64,000 bases of DNA from positions 19,412 to 83,411 of the forward strand of contig JAHDDW010000011.1 of NCBI GenBank assembly GCA_020629155.1, read 5' to 3'. The notes under the pieces are model-generated. The model did no database searches. It was not told the origin of the DNA and saw only the letters and a program-made list of their open reading frames with translations. A program made the position numbers and the translations under genes. Source of the stretch: Acidimicrobiales bacterium. GTDB lineage: Bacteria; Actinomycetota; Acidimicrobiia; Acidimicrobiales; SZUA-35. Numbering within the stretch: the first letter of the stretch is position 1; each line of letters begins with the position of its first letter. This document shows, one piece after another, positions 36,550 through 46,015 of this stretch.

Positions 36550-37392
36550 ATGATTAGCGAGTTTCTCAAACAAACACACAAGAAATCGCTAGTTACTATT
36601 TTGGGGTGTGTACTACTGATCGCAGGATGTGGAACAGGCAACAGATCAGCTGAAGGCCACACTTTTGATCAACTGATGGATGGTGTTAAAGCCGACCCAG
36701 CGCACTACGAGGTCGCCCAAACATGCATAGAGAACGACAAAAGTGTTGACAGTAGCATATATTACGAAACTCTTATCAGGCTGACAAATACTGATAACCG
36801 TCAACGCAGCTTCTCAGTATGGATAGACAAAGAACAATTCGATAAACCTAGCAGAGGAGGCCCTCTTGTATGGCAACAACCTGGTGAGACTGTCGAGTTC
36901 AACGATTCCATGGGTTGGAAAGAGGACTTTCCTGACGGTTGCCCAGAGTACACTTTCGATGTCTATCTAAACCCCGCCGAAGCTTTAGTTGAAGGACAAA
37001 CCAACGTAGAACCAGCTGAACAGATATCACCAGATGGACATTCTGTCGAGGCTCTTCTCGACGGTATCAAGGCGGACCCTGAAGACTACGATTTAGAGCA
37101 AAGCTGTTCAGTGCAAATTTCTGATTCATTTACCAAAGATCCGCTCTACCAAGTTGATATAGACATAACAAACAAACACACGAGGAAACGATTATTCTCT
37201 GTCTGGATCATAGACGAAAGACTTGAAGGCTTCCCTGTCCGTCTGCGAACTGACTGGGTAAAACCAGGCGAATCCGTGCAGCTAGAACACAGTCTTGGCT
37301 GGACATCTCTTTACCCTGAGCTGGATAACGTATGCCCAGAACACACCGTCGACGTCTACATTTCACCGGTTGAAGCCACCTTAGGGGCCTAA
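36550..37392 (+). CDS. Lipoprotein with two tandem homologous ~115-aa domains
   Basis: Lipobox LIAGCG. The repeats GHTFDQLMDGVKADPAHYEV...FSVWID...GCPEYTFDVYLNPAEA and GHSVEALLDGIKADPEDYDL...FSVWII...VCPEHTVDVYISPVEA align colinearly. Confidence 0.7.
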   Translation: MISEFLKQTHKKSLVTILGCVLLIAGCGTGNRSAEGHTFDQLMDGVKADPAHYEVAQTCIENDKSVDSSIYYETLIRLTNTDNRQRSFSVWIDKEQFDKPSRGGPLVWQQPGETVEFNDSMGWKEDFPDGCPEYTFDVYLNPAEALVEGQTNVEPAEQISPDGHSVEALLDGIKADPEDYDLEQSCSVQISDSFTKDPLYQVDIDITNKHTRKRLFSVWIIDERLEGFPVRLRTDWVKPGESVQLEHSLGWTSLYPELDNVCPEHTVDVYISPVEATLGA

Positions 37393-37519
37393 CGGCTCTC
37401 GGCCAGGAATTTTGTGGAAGCCACTAGAAGCCACTGTGACAGAAACCCAGAAAAAGAAATTGGGCAAAGACTCGCAATACCTGGTTTTCAAAAAGTAACC
37501 GCCTAGTATAACCAGAGCT

Positions 37520-38212
37520 ATGCAGAATCAAAGCTACCCTTTACAGCCTTTACCGCAGGGCAAACCTGGCTTTTTAATCACAGCGTTATCTGTCGTTTCT
37601 AGCGGCGTGCGTACCGTCACTAACCAAATCGAGCCATATACCACCTGGTGGGATGCACAGAATCGAGAGAATTACCTTACTGATGGACCTTTGCTTGTTA
37701 TCATCGGCGACTCTAGTGCGTTAAGCATCGGAGCTTCGACCCCTAGCAAAGGCTACGTGCCGCATGTGCAATCATTTCTTACTAAGCGAAATAGCCAGCC
37801 GTGGCGAGTCGTAAACCTTGCCAAATCAGGCGCAAAGCTAGACGATGCGTTAGATCGCCAGTTGGATGAGCTTGCGAAACTTCATGACGTCTCATTGGTT
37901 ATTTGTTGCGTCGGCAGCAACGATATTTTCTGGTCTTTATCAACGGTTTCTTTGCAACGCAAGATCAAAGAACTGGTTAATAAGCTGCCAGAAGAAAGCC
38001 TTGTCGGTGCGTTAGCTGGCGGATCACCCCGAGCGAAGGCATCTAATGTCGTGCTTAGGAAAGCCGCCGAACAGCGAGGTCTCCCATTTGTTAAGCCGTG
38101 GAATAGGCCAGGGCCTTCTGGCACCGCTCGACTTGCCGCAGACAAATTTCACCCCAACGATATTGGCTACAAACTGATGGCAGAAGCCTTCACCGAAGCA
38201 TTAGAAACGTAG
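37520..38212 (+). CDS. SGNH/GDSL family hydrolase
   Basis: Block I VIIGDSSA, block III GSNDIFW and block V DKFHPN. Confidence 0.75.
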   Translation: MQNQSYPLQPLPQGKPGFLITALSVVSSGVRTVTNQIEPYTTWWDAQNRENYLTDGPLLVIIGDSSALSIGASTPSKGYVPHVQSFLTKRNSQPWRVVNLAKSGAKLDDALDRQLDELAKLHDVSLVICCVGSNDIFWSLSTVSLQRKIKELVNKLPEESLVGALAGGSPRAKASNVVLRKAAEQRGLPFVKPWNRPGPSGTARLAADKFHPNDIGYKLMAEAFTEALET

Positions 38213-38338
38213 CGTACCATTTTTGAATACGATATTAAAGGCGCCGGTCATTTCTTGAGCATCAAAGAACCACCAGTGGAAATAGTGAGCGATACAATGA
38301 AAAGACCTCTGCTGCTAATGTGTCGTTAGGATAGTTGT

Positions 38339-39130
38339 GTGCAATATTCACAAAAACAATTGCTAGCGAATGTTTTGCGAAACACTAGGTTTCATTCTGT
38401 CACTCATGTTGACGAGACTGGTTCGACAAATAACGATTTACTTGCGCAGCTTTCTTCTGGAGAAGCAAACGTTGGCGATGTTTTAGTAGCAGATCGCCAA
38501 CGTGACGGTAAGGGGCGCAATCAACGTTCTTGGCTTGGCTACAAAGGTGCAGCTCTCCTCGTTTCGATTGCTTGCGAACTTCCGGCTGAACTGGCGTCTC
38601 TTACTCCAATAGCTACTGGGCTAGCCGTTGTTGACGCTGTAGACGAGGTTACTACTGCCAGCACGGTAAATCTGAAATGGCCTAATGACGTTCTTGCCAC
38701 CTGCGACAACCGCAAACTTACTGGCATTCTGGTTGAATCGCTATACGCTGGGCCTCACGCACGAAAGACACCGCTTGTTATTGGGATTGGCCTGAATTTA
38801 CAGTGGGACAAACCTCCAGAAGGACTTGCAGAAATCGCCATCACGTTAGAACAACTTGCTGGCCGAAATATCGACCGCAACGATATTTTAGGTCGCGTGC
38901 TTAAAAAACTCGATGAACGGCTTACGCAGTTAGAACAGAACACAAAGACTATGCTTGCGGCATATCGTAGTCGGTGCCTCACCCTCGGGCAGCCAGTCAC
39001 AAGAGCGGCAAACCAAGGCACCATTTCTGGCATCGCGAAAGATATTACAACACAAGGCGAACTGCTTGTCGAGTTAGAAAGCGGTACGATTGTGAGAGTC
39101 TCTGCTGGCGACGTGATCCATCTACAATGA
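38339..39130 (+). CDS. birA: Biotin--[acetyl-CoA-carboxylase] ligase (no HTH domain)
   Basis: DETGSTNNDL, GKGRNQRSW and KWPNDV motifs. Confidence 0.85.
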   Translation: MQYSQKQLLANVLRNTRFHSVTHVDETGSTNNDLLAQLSSGEANVGDVLVADRQRDGKGRNQRSWLGYKGAALLVSIACELPAELASLTPIATGLAVVDAVDEVTTASTVNLKWPNDVLATCDNRKLTGILVESLYAGPHARKTPLVIGIGLNLQWDKPPEGLAEIAITLEQLAGRNIDRNDILGRVLKKLDERLTQLEQNTKTMLAAYRSRCLTLGQPVTRAANQGTISGIAKDITTQGELLVELESGTIVRVSAGDVIHLQ

Positions 39131-40638
39131 CGACCGTACGCACGACCCATCGTCTGACAGAGAAAACACTCGCTGCCATAACAACGCCACGTCAAGACCT
39201 ACTGCAAGAAACGGCAACTTCACAGACCAGTTGGCGTCAAGAAGTTGGCCCGTTTGCTTCTTATGAGCGAACCGTTCAGATAGACGAAGAGCACCAAAGT
39301 ATCGAAGAAACTATTCGATATACGTTGGCGGTTCATTTGTGGCAACCATATTTCTGGCTGCAAATGCGCCGCGCATTGCAAACGCTTGACCGACAACCTA
39401 GACAGCGTTGGTGGTGGCCTAAGGAAATTGTTGATACACAAACCACTCGACTAATTTCGCTGTTAGCTATCGTGGCGTTTATTTCAGGCTATTTAGGGGT
39501 TGTGATAGGGCAAACAATTGCGTTCGCAGGTAAAGATCTGGGCATTTCAGAACAAGAACAGCCAACTTTGCTAGCTTGGCTTCGAGTTGGAATTATCCTC
39601 TCAATTGTGGTGATGCCCAAAGCCGACAAGATAGGTCGCCGTCCACTTATTCTTTTTCTAGCGTTTACATCTATTGCTTTCACTATTGTGAGCGGTTTTG
39701 CCACGTCAACGCTTTTTCTCGCTGTTTCGCAAGCTACTGCTCGGGCGCTGGTGACAGCGCTCTTCACGCTGGTGACAGTAGCTACGCTTGAGCAGGTCCC
39801 TGCAAGATGGCGCACTTCAGCGGTTACAACAATGGCTTTATCAGCTGGGTTAGGTGCTTCGTTGATTGTGGCTATTTTACCTTTTGCTGATGACTCAGCA
39901 GATGCTTGGCGGCTACCGTTTTTTCTGCCGCTGCTATTCATACCGCTACTTTGGCCTGTTGTGAAGCACTTGCCTGAAACGAAACGTTTCGTTTCGCTAG
40001 AGAAGCAAAAACCTTCTGGCGAGGATGCGACCTTCAACAAAAAGTGGTTTGTTGCTGTTGCAATGACCGCGTTTCTGCTGCCGTTTTTTTTCACACCAGT
40101 GTCGCAATTACGCAATACCTTCCTTGATGAACAGAAGTATTCCGCTGGCGATATAACGTTGTTTAACATAGCCATTTCGCTGCCTGCAACCATCGCTGTG
40201 ATCATTGCGGCTTCGATCGCTGATCGTAAGACTCGCCGCAAACTGGCTTTGTTAACGATAGTTCTTGGTGCAGGTTTTAGTGCGCTCTCGTATCAAAACG
40301 CTGGCACCATTTTATGGCTTTTCGCTGGTGTCGGGGTGCTATTTACAAGCGCAGCGTTCCCCACGCTGCAAGGGTACAAAAGTGAGTTATTTCCGACAAA
40401 GGTTCGCAGCAGACTTGGCGGCTACCTTGACGTGATTAGCGTAGCAGGCAGCGGCCTAGGTTTATTGACTGTCAGCTATCTGCAAAACTGGTTTTCGTTA
40501 CAGACCGCTATCTCGCTACTTGTTGCAGCCCCAGCGATTGGAGCGGTGGTGATTTTCGCTAGTTTCCCAGAAACAACCCACAAAGAGTTAGAAGAACTTA
40601 CAAAAGAATGGAGCCCAGGACGAGAGTCGAACTCGTGA
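39127..40638 (+). CDS. MFS transporter with ~110-aa cytoplasmic N-terminal extension
   Basis: ATG 39127 overlaps the birA stop (ATGA). About 12 TMs with MFS motif A-like DKIGRRP. The last 10 codons and the stop lie inside the tRNA-derived repeat (40609-40641). Confidence 0.75.
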   Translation: MTTVRTTHRLTEKTLAAITTPRQDLLQETATSQTSWRQEVGPFASYERTVQIDEEHQSIEETIRYTLAVHLWQPYFWLQMRRALQTLDRQPRQRWWWPKEIVDTQTTRLISLLAIVAFISGYLGVVIGQTIAFAGKDLGISEQEQPTLLAWLRVGIILSIVVMPKADKIGRRPLILFLAFTSIAFTIVSGFATSTLFLAVSQATARALVTALFTLVTVATLEQVPARWRTSAVTTMALSAGLGASLIVAILPFADDSADAWRLPFFLPLLFIPLLWPVVKHLPETKRFVSLEKQKPSGEDATFNKKWFVAVAMTAFLLPFFFTPVSQLRNTFLDEQKYSAGDITLFNIAISLPATIAVIIAASIADRKTRRKLALLTIVLGAGFSALSYQNAGTILWLFAGVGVLFTSAAFPTLQGYKSELFPTKVRSRLGGYLDVISVAGSGLGLLTVSYLQNWFSLQTAISLLVAAPAIGAVVIFASFPETTHKELEELTKEWSPGRESNS

Positions 40639-40641
40639 CCT
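40609..40641. repeat. Orphan copy of the tRNA-Thr 3' half (att-like direct repeat)
   Basis: TGGAGCCCAGGACGAGAGTCGAACTCGTGACCT is identical over 33 of 33 nt to 42163-42195. Confidence 0.9.
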
Positions 40642-40805
40642 GATTCGCCTGGGTTTTGTGGAGGTTTTAAAGACTCTGGTTATAAAATATTCGATGTGAA
40701 GTCGTAATTTATGAATTAATCAACGGATAGTGGCAATTTTGATACGTCTGGGAATAAACGGCTCCGATCGACTTATAAAAGAAATTCACAATGCAACGAC
40801 AGTTT

Positions 40806-41204
40806 TTAGCCTTCGTTTTCTTCGTCTATATCTAGTCTCACTTTTGACCCGTCTGGGTAATGAGCGACTAGTTCAAGGTTGCCGCCTGTCGCTTCGATAT
40901 ATTTTCGTAGCGTGGCTAGCATCATGTTGCTCCGTCGTTCTAGCTTTGAAACCTCGCCTTGAGTCATCTCCATATCTTTAGCGATTTGGATCTGTGTCTG
41001 CTGTTTGGCAAGACGCACCTGTTTGAGGGTGGCCTGATTCTTAGCGATTCGTTTCTTAGCCTGATCGAAAGCTGCGCGAGCTTCAGAGCCCATCATTGCG
41101 TAAAACCTGGAAGGTGAACTATCAGCGGCCCACTCCTCTGTGGTCGGCTCAGAATCGTCAACCATGTCTGCACCTATGACTATTTTTTCTTTCTTAGTTT
41201 TCAT
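40806..41204 (-). CDS. XRE-family HTH antitoxin (HigA-like position)
   Basis: HTH QTQIQIAKDMEMTQGEVSKLERRSNMMLATLRKYIEA. The start overlaps the toxin stop as ATGA. Confidence 0.65.
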   Translation of the reverse strand: MKTKKEKIVIGADMVDDSEPTTEEWAADSSPSRFYAMMGSEARAAFDQAKKRIAKNQATLKQVRLAKQQTQIQIAKDMEMTQGEVSKLERRSNMMLATLRKYIEATGGNLELVAHYPDGSKVRLDIDEENEG

Positions 41205-41638
41205 GATCGTGTCCCCTTACTAATAATTGGCTTACGGCCCACCTTTTGGTCACACCACTGACGAGTCAGCTTCTCAGCTAAATCTCGATGCGGCGGATAC
41301 CAGGAATTGCCAAGATTTGTTTTGTTGCCCCCTACTACGAGCAAGGCAATAGTTTGCCCGTTCTCGTCTTCGCAGTAGCAATATAAGAGCCGAAGTATCG
41401 GCGGGCCAGTCGCCAGCGGTGTAGAAGTTGACGGAGGTGTTCTGCGTAGCGCATGCATCCAGTACTTAGATGTCACTACAGGGTGAGATTCAGGATCACC
41501 TAACTCGGTGCCTTCTTCTTCTAAAACTGAAATCAACGCCATCACCTCCCCGAAGATATCGAGTCTGTCGGTCATCTCACATTGTTTACTAAGATCCTCC
41601 AACCACGCTTGCATTTTTGGATGCACAACAACTCTCAC
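41201..41638 (-). CDS. RelE/ParE-superfamily toxin-like protein (toxin-first, HigB-like gene order)
   Basis: ...LRRTPP...ILRLLYCY...IALLVVGGNKTNLGNSWYPPHRDLAEKL resembles the actinobacterial ELR...RILY...LL..GDK...WY family. Assignment is from memory. Confidence 0.55.
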   Translation of the reverse strand: MRVVVHPKMQAWLEDLSKQCEMTDRLDIFGEVMALISVLEEEGTELGDPESHPVVTSKYWMHALRRTPPSTSTPLATGPPILRLLYCYCEDENGQTIALLVVGGNKTNLGNSWYPPHRDLAEKLTRQWCDQKVGRKPIISKGTRS

Positions 41639-42162
41639 ATATTCACCCTAACACATATTCCACACAAGAATACATCGGCTTGAATGATGCGATACTTAAC
41701 CTCAATCGACAGTTTCGATGCTCAGGAAGCAATTGTGTATGCGAGTTAACCCTAATGGGTAAAAATAAGATTTAATAAACCCAACAGATTCACTCTACCT
41801 CTCTATTTAGAGTGCTTATTTGTTGAAACAGTTTCCTTTATTCGCTCGCTCGTCGTTCCTTAAGGTCTGTGGTGCGAGCGAATGAAGCTTACAGTAGTTC
41901 TAAACCTACGTCTCGGAATAGTTCATTGACGTCACGGTCGTGTGTTTCACATGCAGCTACTGCTTGCTCTCGTAAAGCGATGAACCCTCCTCTAAGCTCG
42001 TCAAACATTTTTGTTTCGTTATCCATATTCGTGCTCCTAGCCGTGGTTATATCAACTATTTTAGCTGAGTCGGGTAGAAGAATGGTAGAAGAAACTATGT
42101 TTGCTTTGTTTGCGGTAGAAGTGTTGAAACCGTCAGATCCCGCTTCCCCGTAGGGCTTTATG

Positions 42163-42238
42163 TGGAGCCCAGGACGAGAGTCGAACTCGTGACCTTCGCT
42201 TTACAAGAGCGGTGCTCTACCAGCTGAGCTACCTGGGC
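42163..42238 (-). tRNA. tRNA-Thr (anticodon TGT), CCA encoded
   Basis: The reverse complement reads GCCCAGG TA GCTC AGCTGGTA GAGC A CCGCT CTTGTAA AGCGA AGGTC ACGAG TTCGACT CTCGT CCTGGGC T CCA. It gives a perfect 7-bp acceptor and a 5-bp T stem; position 27-43 is a C-A mismatch. Confidence 0.9.
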
Positions 42239-42290
42239 AAGTTAATTACTATAGAAGATTTTATAATAGAAACGAACCTCACGGACGGTT

Positions 42291-43604
42291 TTATTGTGAG
42301 GCTGTGAATTGAACTCTCGCTGAGGCACCACTTTGCGGACAGACCGGCGGTACTGAAAATCCGCCAACTGGCGTAGGATGCTCAAGCGTTAAACTGTTGA
42401 AACCCCAACGAATTCGACTGACATCTCTGTCAATTGCATCGACCAACTCTCTCGCCGTAGAGATATCTATACCGGCATTCGGGTCTTGCGCTAAACGATA
42501 TAAATCTTCTCTAAAAGGATTCAGCACTTTTTTTAGCCCACTTATCTGAACGGTCTCAGCAAGCGAATCATTAGAATCTCTGACAATCACACGATTTCTG
42601 GCGAATACTGTGGCTTGATGAACGTCTTTGAGATAGCTGCTAATCGCATCACACCTTTGCCCCACCTGAGAATCCTCAACTTTAGCTTGCGACAACGTAT
42701 GCTTGACCCTATTTCTCAATTCACTTGCTATTTTTACAACTTCTTGCGAAATCTGCAACTTTTGCAGATTTATAATCTCCTTTACAGGATCGTCCGAATT
42801 CTTCGCTGGCAATTGTTTCAAATATTCTATGGCTAGATCCGTGAGACTTGGTGGCACTTCAGCTCTGAGATTCGATACAGGCCGTTTAAACAAGGAAAGA
42901 ACATTAAACGCTATTAAATTCTTGTATTTTGGATCCGCTTTTGGATTTTGTAAATACTTTCCAAGTAACAAAACTAACTCTTCCAACGATGCTGTATTAT
43001 AAGCTGGACCACCTCTCAGCACACTGAGACTTATAGGCTGATCATAGACAACCTGACTGAACGACTGCACAAAGTTAGCCTCATTCTCTGGAGCGAAGAG
43101 ATTTCGACTTTCTATTCCTTCTATACCTGCCCAAGTTAGAATATCGTCAAATTCCGCAGCAGCTAGTTCGGCTTCAAATTGAGGATCTGACTTTCCGTTG
43201 TTTAAAACTTCGTTTATTTCGTTAGTAAGCTCATCCGTGAAGTTTAGTCCATATTTGAAGGTGGCAAGTTTAGCAGCTTGCGCCACATGCAAAGACCCTT
43301 CCTCTTTTTTTAAGCCTTCTAGAAAATCATCCTCAACAACTTGACCTCGATCCAGAACACGACCCATAGCCAACTCAACCTCTTGACGTGATAAAGACGC
43401 AGTTGCTATTTGGCTACGGTCGATAGCGGCAGCGCTATCTGCAAGTTTGCCACCCAATTTGTACAAATTGTCGAGGTCCTCGGGAGTAACAACACCCCCC
43501 TTCCCTAGCCCGTCCCGCGGAGCTGCTATAGCTTGCATAGCACTAGTCAAGGATCCAATTATCGGATTCTCTGTATTTTTTCCAAACCACTCTGCAAAAC
43601 TCAT
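42291..43604 (-). CDS. Hypothetical 437-aa protein, predicted mostly helical, no recognisable domain
   Basis: Long uninterrupted ORF next to the tRNA 5' side. No TM, signal peptide or catalytic motif was recognised. Confidence 0.5.
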   Translation of the reverse strand: MSFAEWFGKNTENPIIGSLTSAMQAIAAPRDGLGKGGVVTPEDLDNLYKLGGKLADSAAAIDRSQIATASLSRQEVELAMGRVLDRGQVVEDDFLEGLKKEEGSLHVAQAAKLATFKYGLNFTDELTNEINEVLNNGKSDPQFEAELAAAEFDDILTWAGIEGIESRNLFAPENEANFVQSFSQVVYDQPISLSVLRGGPAYNTASLEELVLLLGKYLQNPKADPKYKNLIAFNVLSLFKRPVSNLRAEVPPSLTDLAIEYLKQLPAKNSDDPVKEIINLQKLQISQEVVKIASELRNRVKHTLSQAKVEDSQVGQRCDAISSYLKDVHQATVFARNRVIVRDSNDSLAETVQISGLKKVLNPFREDLYRLAQDPNAGIDISTARELVDAIDRDVSRIRWGFNSLTLEHPTPVGGFSVPPVCPQSGASARVQFTASQ

Positions 43605-43732
43605 CTAAACCATCGCCTTTCGTACAGCTAGCATAGCGCCATCTTGCTTTATCTACCAGCCGAAACATCCCTGCGTTTGACTGGGCAATATTTCTGATAC
43701 TATAACTGCAACCGTATTCAGTAGAGGTTCAC

Positions 43733-44380
43733 ATGGGGTCAAAATTTGCTGGCACGGACGTGGTCCGAGGTGCTTTAGTCGTAATCGTCGCTTTCGCTTT
43801 GGGTGTCTTTGTCATGACGAAACTTACCGCAGATGACTCATCGACTTCAACACAGCAAGAAGCAGCCGACGATGAATTCGCCGACCCCACGTCTGAAATT
43901 CGGACAGGCCAAACCAACAAAGGCGGCTTTGAAGTAGACCCAAGTCTTTCAAGCCAAATAACACCTCCAGGAGCAACCACCACAGCAACACCTGAAACCA
44001 CAACCGATGAGATGCCCACAACAACAGCAGCACCAACGACAACGGTGATTAAACCTAAAGATGTTAACACCTACACAGTCGTCGTCCTCAACGGTGTTGA
44101 CGGCGCCGCAGGTATCGCAGGAGCATCAGCAGACATTCTCAACGAAGCTGGCTTTCAAATGGCTCCTTCGGGCAACGCAACTGACCGCAGTGTTGAAGAA
44201 TCGGCGATTTTCTATGCAGAAGGCTTTGAAATCGATGCCCAACAGGTTGCTAATGTTTTTAAAGCGCCAGCTACTGTTATTAAACCTTTGCCAGCAGACT
44301 CACTCGCAGAAGATCAGGGCGACGCATCGATCGTTGTGCTCTTAGGCAGCGACGGCCAGCTTCGCGAAATCGCATCATAG
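43733..44380 (+). CDS. LytR_C domain membrane-anchored protein
   Basis: N-terminal TM, Thr/Pro-rich linker, then YTVVVLNGVDGAAGIAGASADILNEAGF...IVVLLGSD. Confidence 0.75.
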   Translation: MGSKFAGTDVVRGALVVIVAFALGVFVMTKLTADDSSTSTQQEAADDEFADPTSEIRTGQTNKGGFEVDPSLSSQITPPGATTTATPETTTDEMPTTTAAPTTTVIKPKDVNTYTVVVLNGVDGAAGIAGASADILNEAGFQMAPSGNATDRSVEESAIFYAEGFEIDAQQVANVFKAPATVIKPLPADSLAEDQGDASIVVLLGSDGQLREIAS

Positions 44381-44446
44381 CTTACTACCTGAAGCCTTTT
44401 TTGCCATATTTGTGCTTCGAATCTATTCTTTGTCTAGTCTTGTTAT

Positions 44447-45520
44447 ATGTCAGCCACAGATCAATCTCTAAAAGCTCAAGTCCTACCGCCAACTAAAGGT
44501 GAAGATCGAGCGCCGAAACCTAACTTTGGCAAAGTAATTGAAGGCACCGTCACCGCTGTTTCGCCAAATGAAGTTGAGCTGCGCCTAGACGACGGCCGCA
44601 GCGCAGTTATAACTCGCAACGAATTCGGGCTGCATAACGAAGCCCCCAGCGACGTGCTTTCTATAAACGATAAGGCTTTTGGCATCGAACTCGCTCGTCA
44701 AGACCCCAAACAACGTGTTGTTTTATCACGCACTTGGGTTCTGAAACAACGCATGTGGGAACAGCTCATCAAATCGTACGAACAAAAAAATACTATCAAG
44801 GGCAAAGTAATAGACATCAAAAGTAAGGGTTTAGTACTAGACGTTGGATTACCTGGATATCTTCCCGCTTCTCATCTTGAACTAGACGATGTTGCCGATC
44901 TGACGACCTATAAAGGCAAAACATTAGAAGTCAAGATACTCGACTGTGACGCGAAGAAAGAAAAGCTAGTGCTTTCAAGACGGTCGCTACTTCACAAAGA
45001 AAAACGGGTGCAGGTAGCTGAAGCATTCGCTGCTTTAGAAAAAGGACAGCGAGTTACAGGCACCGTCTCGTCACTTTCCGACTATGGCGTTTTTGTCGAC
45101 CTTGGAGAAGCCACAGGGCTCATTCATATGACCGAACTATCGTGGGGCCATAGCGACACAGCAAGTGACGTTGCGGCCGTCGGCGACGAACTTGAAGTGA
45201 TCGTCCTCGACGTGCAACCAAAAAAGAAACGCATAGCGCTTTCTCTCAAACGCCTTTCTCCTAATCCACTAGCAGCTATAGAAGAAGGCTCAATCCATGT
45301 AGCCTTGGTTAGCCGACTGCTCGACTATGGCGCTATCGTACGACTAAACGACGGGACCGAAGGCCTCGTCCATGTCAGCGAATTTAGTGAATACCATATA
45401 AACCATCCAAGCGAAATGGTTATGCCAGGCGACGAAGTAAGCGTCAAAGTGCTCACTGTCGACCTCGAAAAAAATCGCGTCAAATTCTCGATTAAGCAAG
45501 CTATCGAGTTCACGGGATAG
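44447..45520 (+). CDS. S1 RNA-binding domain protein (four S1 repeats, RpsA-like)
   Basis: Four repeats of the G-x-V pattern: IEGTVTAV, IKGKVIDIKSKGLVLDV, VTGTVSSLSDYGVFVDL, and LVSRLLDYGAIVRL. Confidence 0.75.
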   Translation: MSATDQSLKAQVLPPTKGEDRAPKPNFGKVIEGTVTAVSPNEVELRLDDGRSAVITRNEFGLHNEAPSDVLSINDKAFGIELARQDPKQRVVLSRTWVLKQRMWEQLIKSYEQKNTIKGKVIDIKSKGLVLDVGLPGYLPASHLELDDVADLTTYKGKTLEVKILDCDAKKEKLVLSRRSLLHKEKRVQVAEAFAALEKGQRVTGTVSSLSDYGVFVDLGEATGLIHMTELSWGHSDTASDVAAVGDELEVIVLDVQPKKKRIALSLKRLSPNPLAAIEEGSIHVALVSRLLDYGAIVRLNDGTEGLVHVSEFSEYHINHPSEMVMPGDEVSVKVLTVDLEKNRVKFSIKQAIEFTG

Positions 45521-45529
45521 CAGTTCTCC

Positions 45530-46015
45530 TTGGGTATGCTAAACACATCGCCTATGACTGCCGCCTCAAACGACATCGAATTCTATGCAACCCAACTTGT
45601 CGACGCAGCCAAAGCAGCCGTGCCACGGTGGATAGAGCAACAGATCAGCCAACGCCTGCCAGACCCAATCGATAAACAGACAAGCCAGCAAATTCAACAG
45701 CTTGCAGCTGAAGCCAGCACCCACATAGTCGCTGAACTAGAAATCCTTGTTTTCACAGATATCGACCAGCAACGAACAACGCCCCTGTCAATCTTGCGTC
45801 AGCTTGTTTCGACAGTCACCGAAGTATTAGACAAACACGATACGCAACGCCCGCGTCGAGACAGCCAAAAAGCAGCGCTCTACCCCGATGACATCTATGA
45901 CGTCACGCCTGCTAATTTCGCAGCATTTGGAGCCGATATGCATGAAGCAGGCATTGCCTGGGGCGCTGCCAAAGCGTACGAACATTTACATCGACGGAGA
46001 CAAGAAGCCTTATGA
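45530..46015 (+). CDS. Hypothetical protein (161 aa)
   Basis: The ORF is translationally coupled to glnD (ATGA overlap at 46012). No motif recognised. Confidence 0.45.
   Translation: MGMLNTSPMTAASNDIEFYATQLVDAAKAAVPRWIEQQISQRLPDPIDKQTSQQIQQLAAEASTHIVAELEILVFTDIDQQRTTPLSILRQLVSTVTEVLDKHDTQRPRRDSQKAALYPDDIYDVTPANFAAFGADMHEAGIAWGAAKAYEHLHRRRQEAL

Larger units (their letters stand above)
40642..42162. mobile_element. Remnant of a tRNA-Thr-integrated element (no integrase left)
   Basis: Bounded by the 33-bp direct repeats. It looks AT-richer than its neighbours by eye (not computed). It contains only a TA pair and short ORFs. Confidence 0.5.

Noticed and set aside
38974-39126. N-terminal 51 codons of the listed 554-aa ORF (MFS transporter)
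   Set aside because: This stretch lies entirely inside birA in another frame. ATG 39127 forms an ATGA overlap with the birA stop and is the more parsimonious start.
39489-40241. 250-aa minus-strand ORF
   Set aside because: It is antisense to the MFS transporter gene with no motifs. This is a typical shadow ORF. The same applies to 3411-3824, 7121-7546, 27033-27452, 50039-50443, 50996-51469, 53319-53702, 53783-54223 and 55335-55850.
40749-40759. TGGGAATAAAC is shared with 59076-59086, which might link the tRNA islet to the repeat family
   Set aside because: 11-mers recur by chance hundreds of times in 64 kb, and the flanks share no colinear similarity.
41869-42153. Listed 94-aa plus-strand ORF in the islet
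   Set aside because: It has a GTG start without an SD and a Ser-rich low-complexity N-terminus, and it runs up to the tRNA 3' end. It was judged less likely than non-coding sequence or the small antisense ORF.
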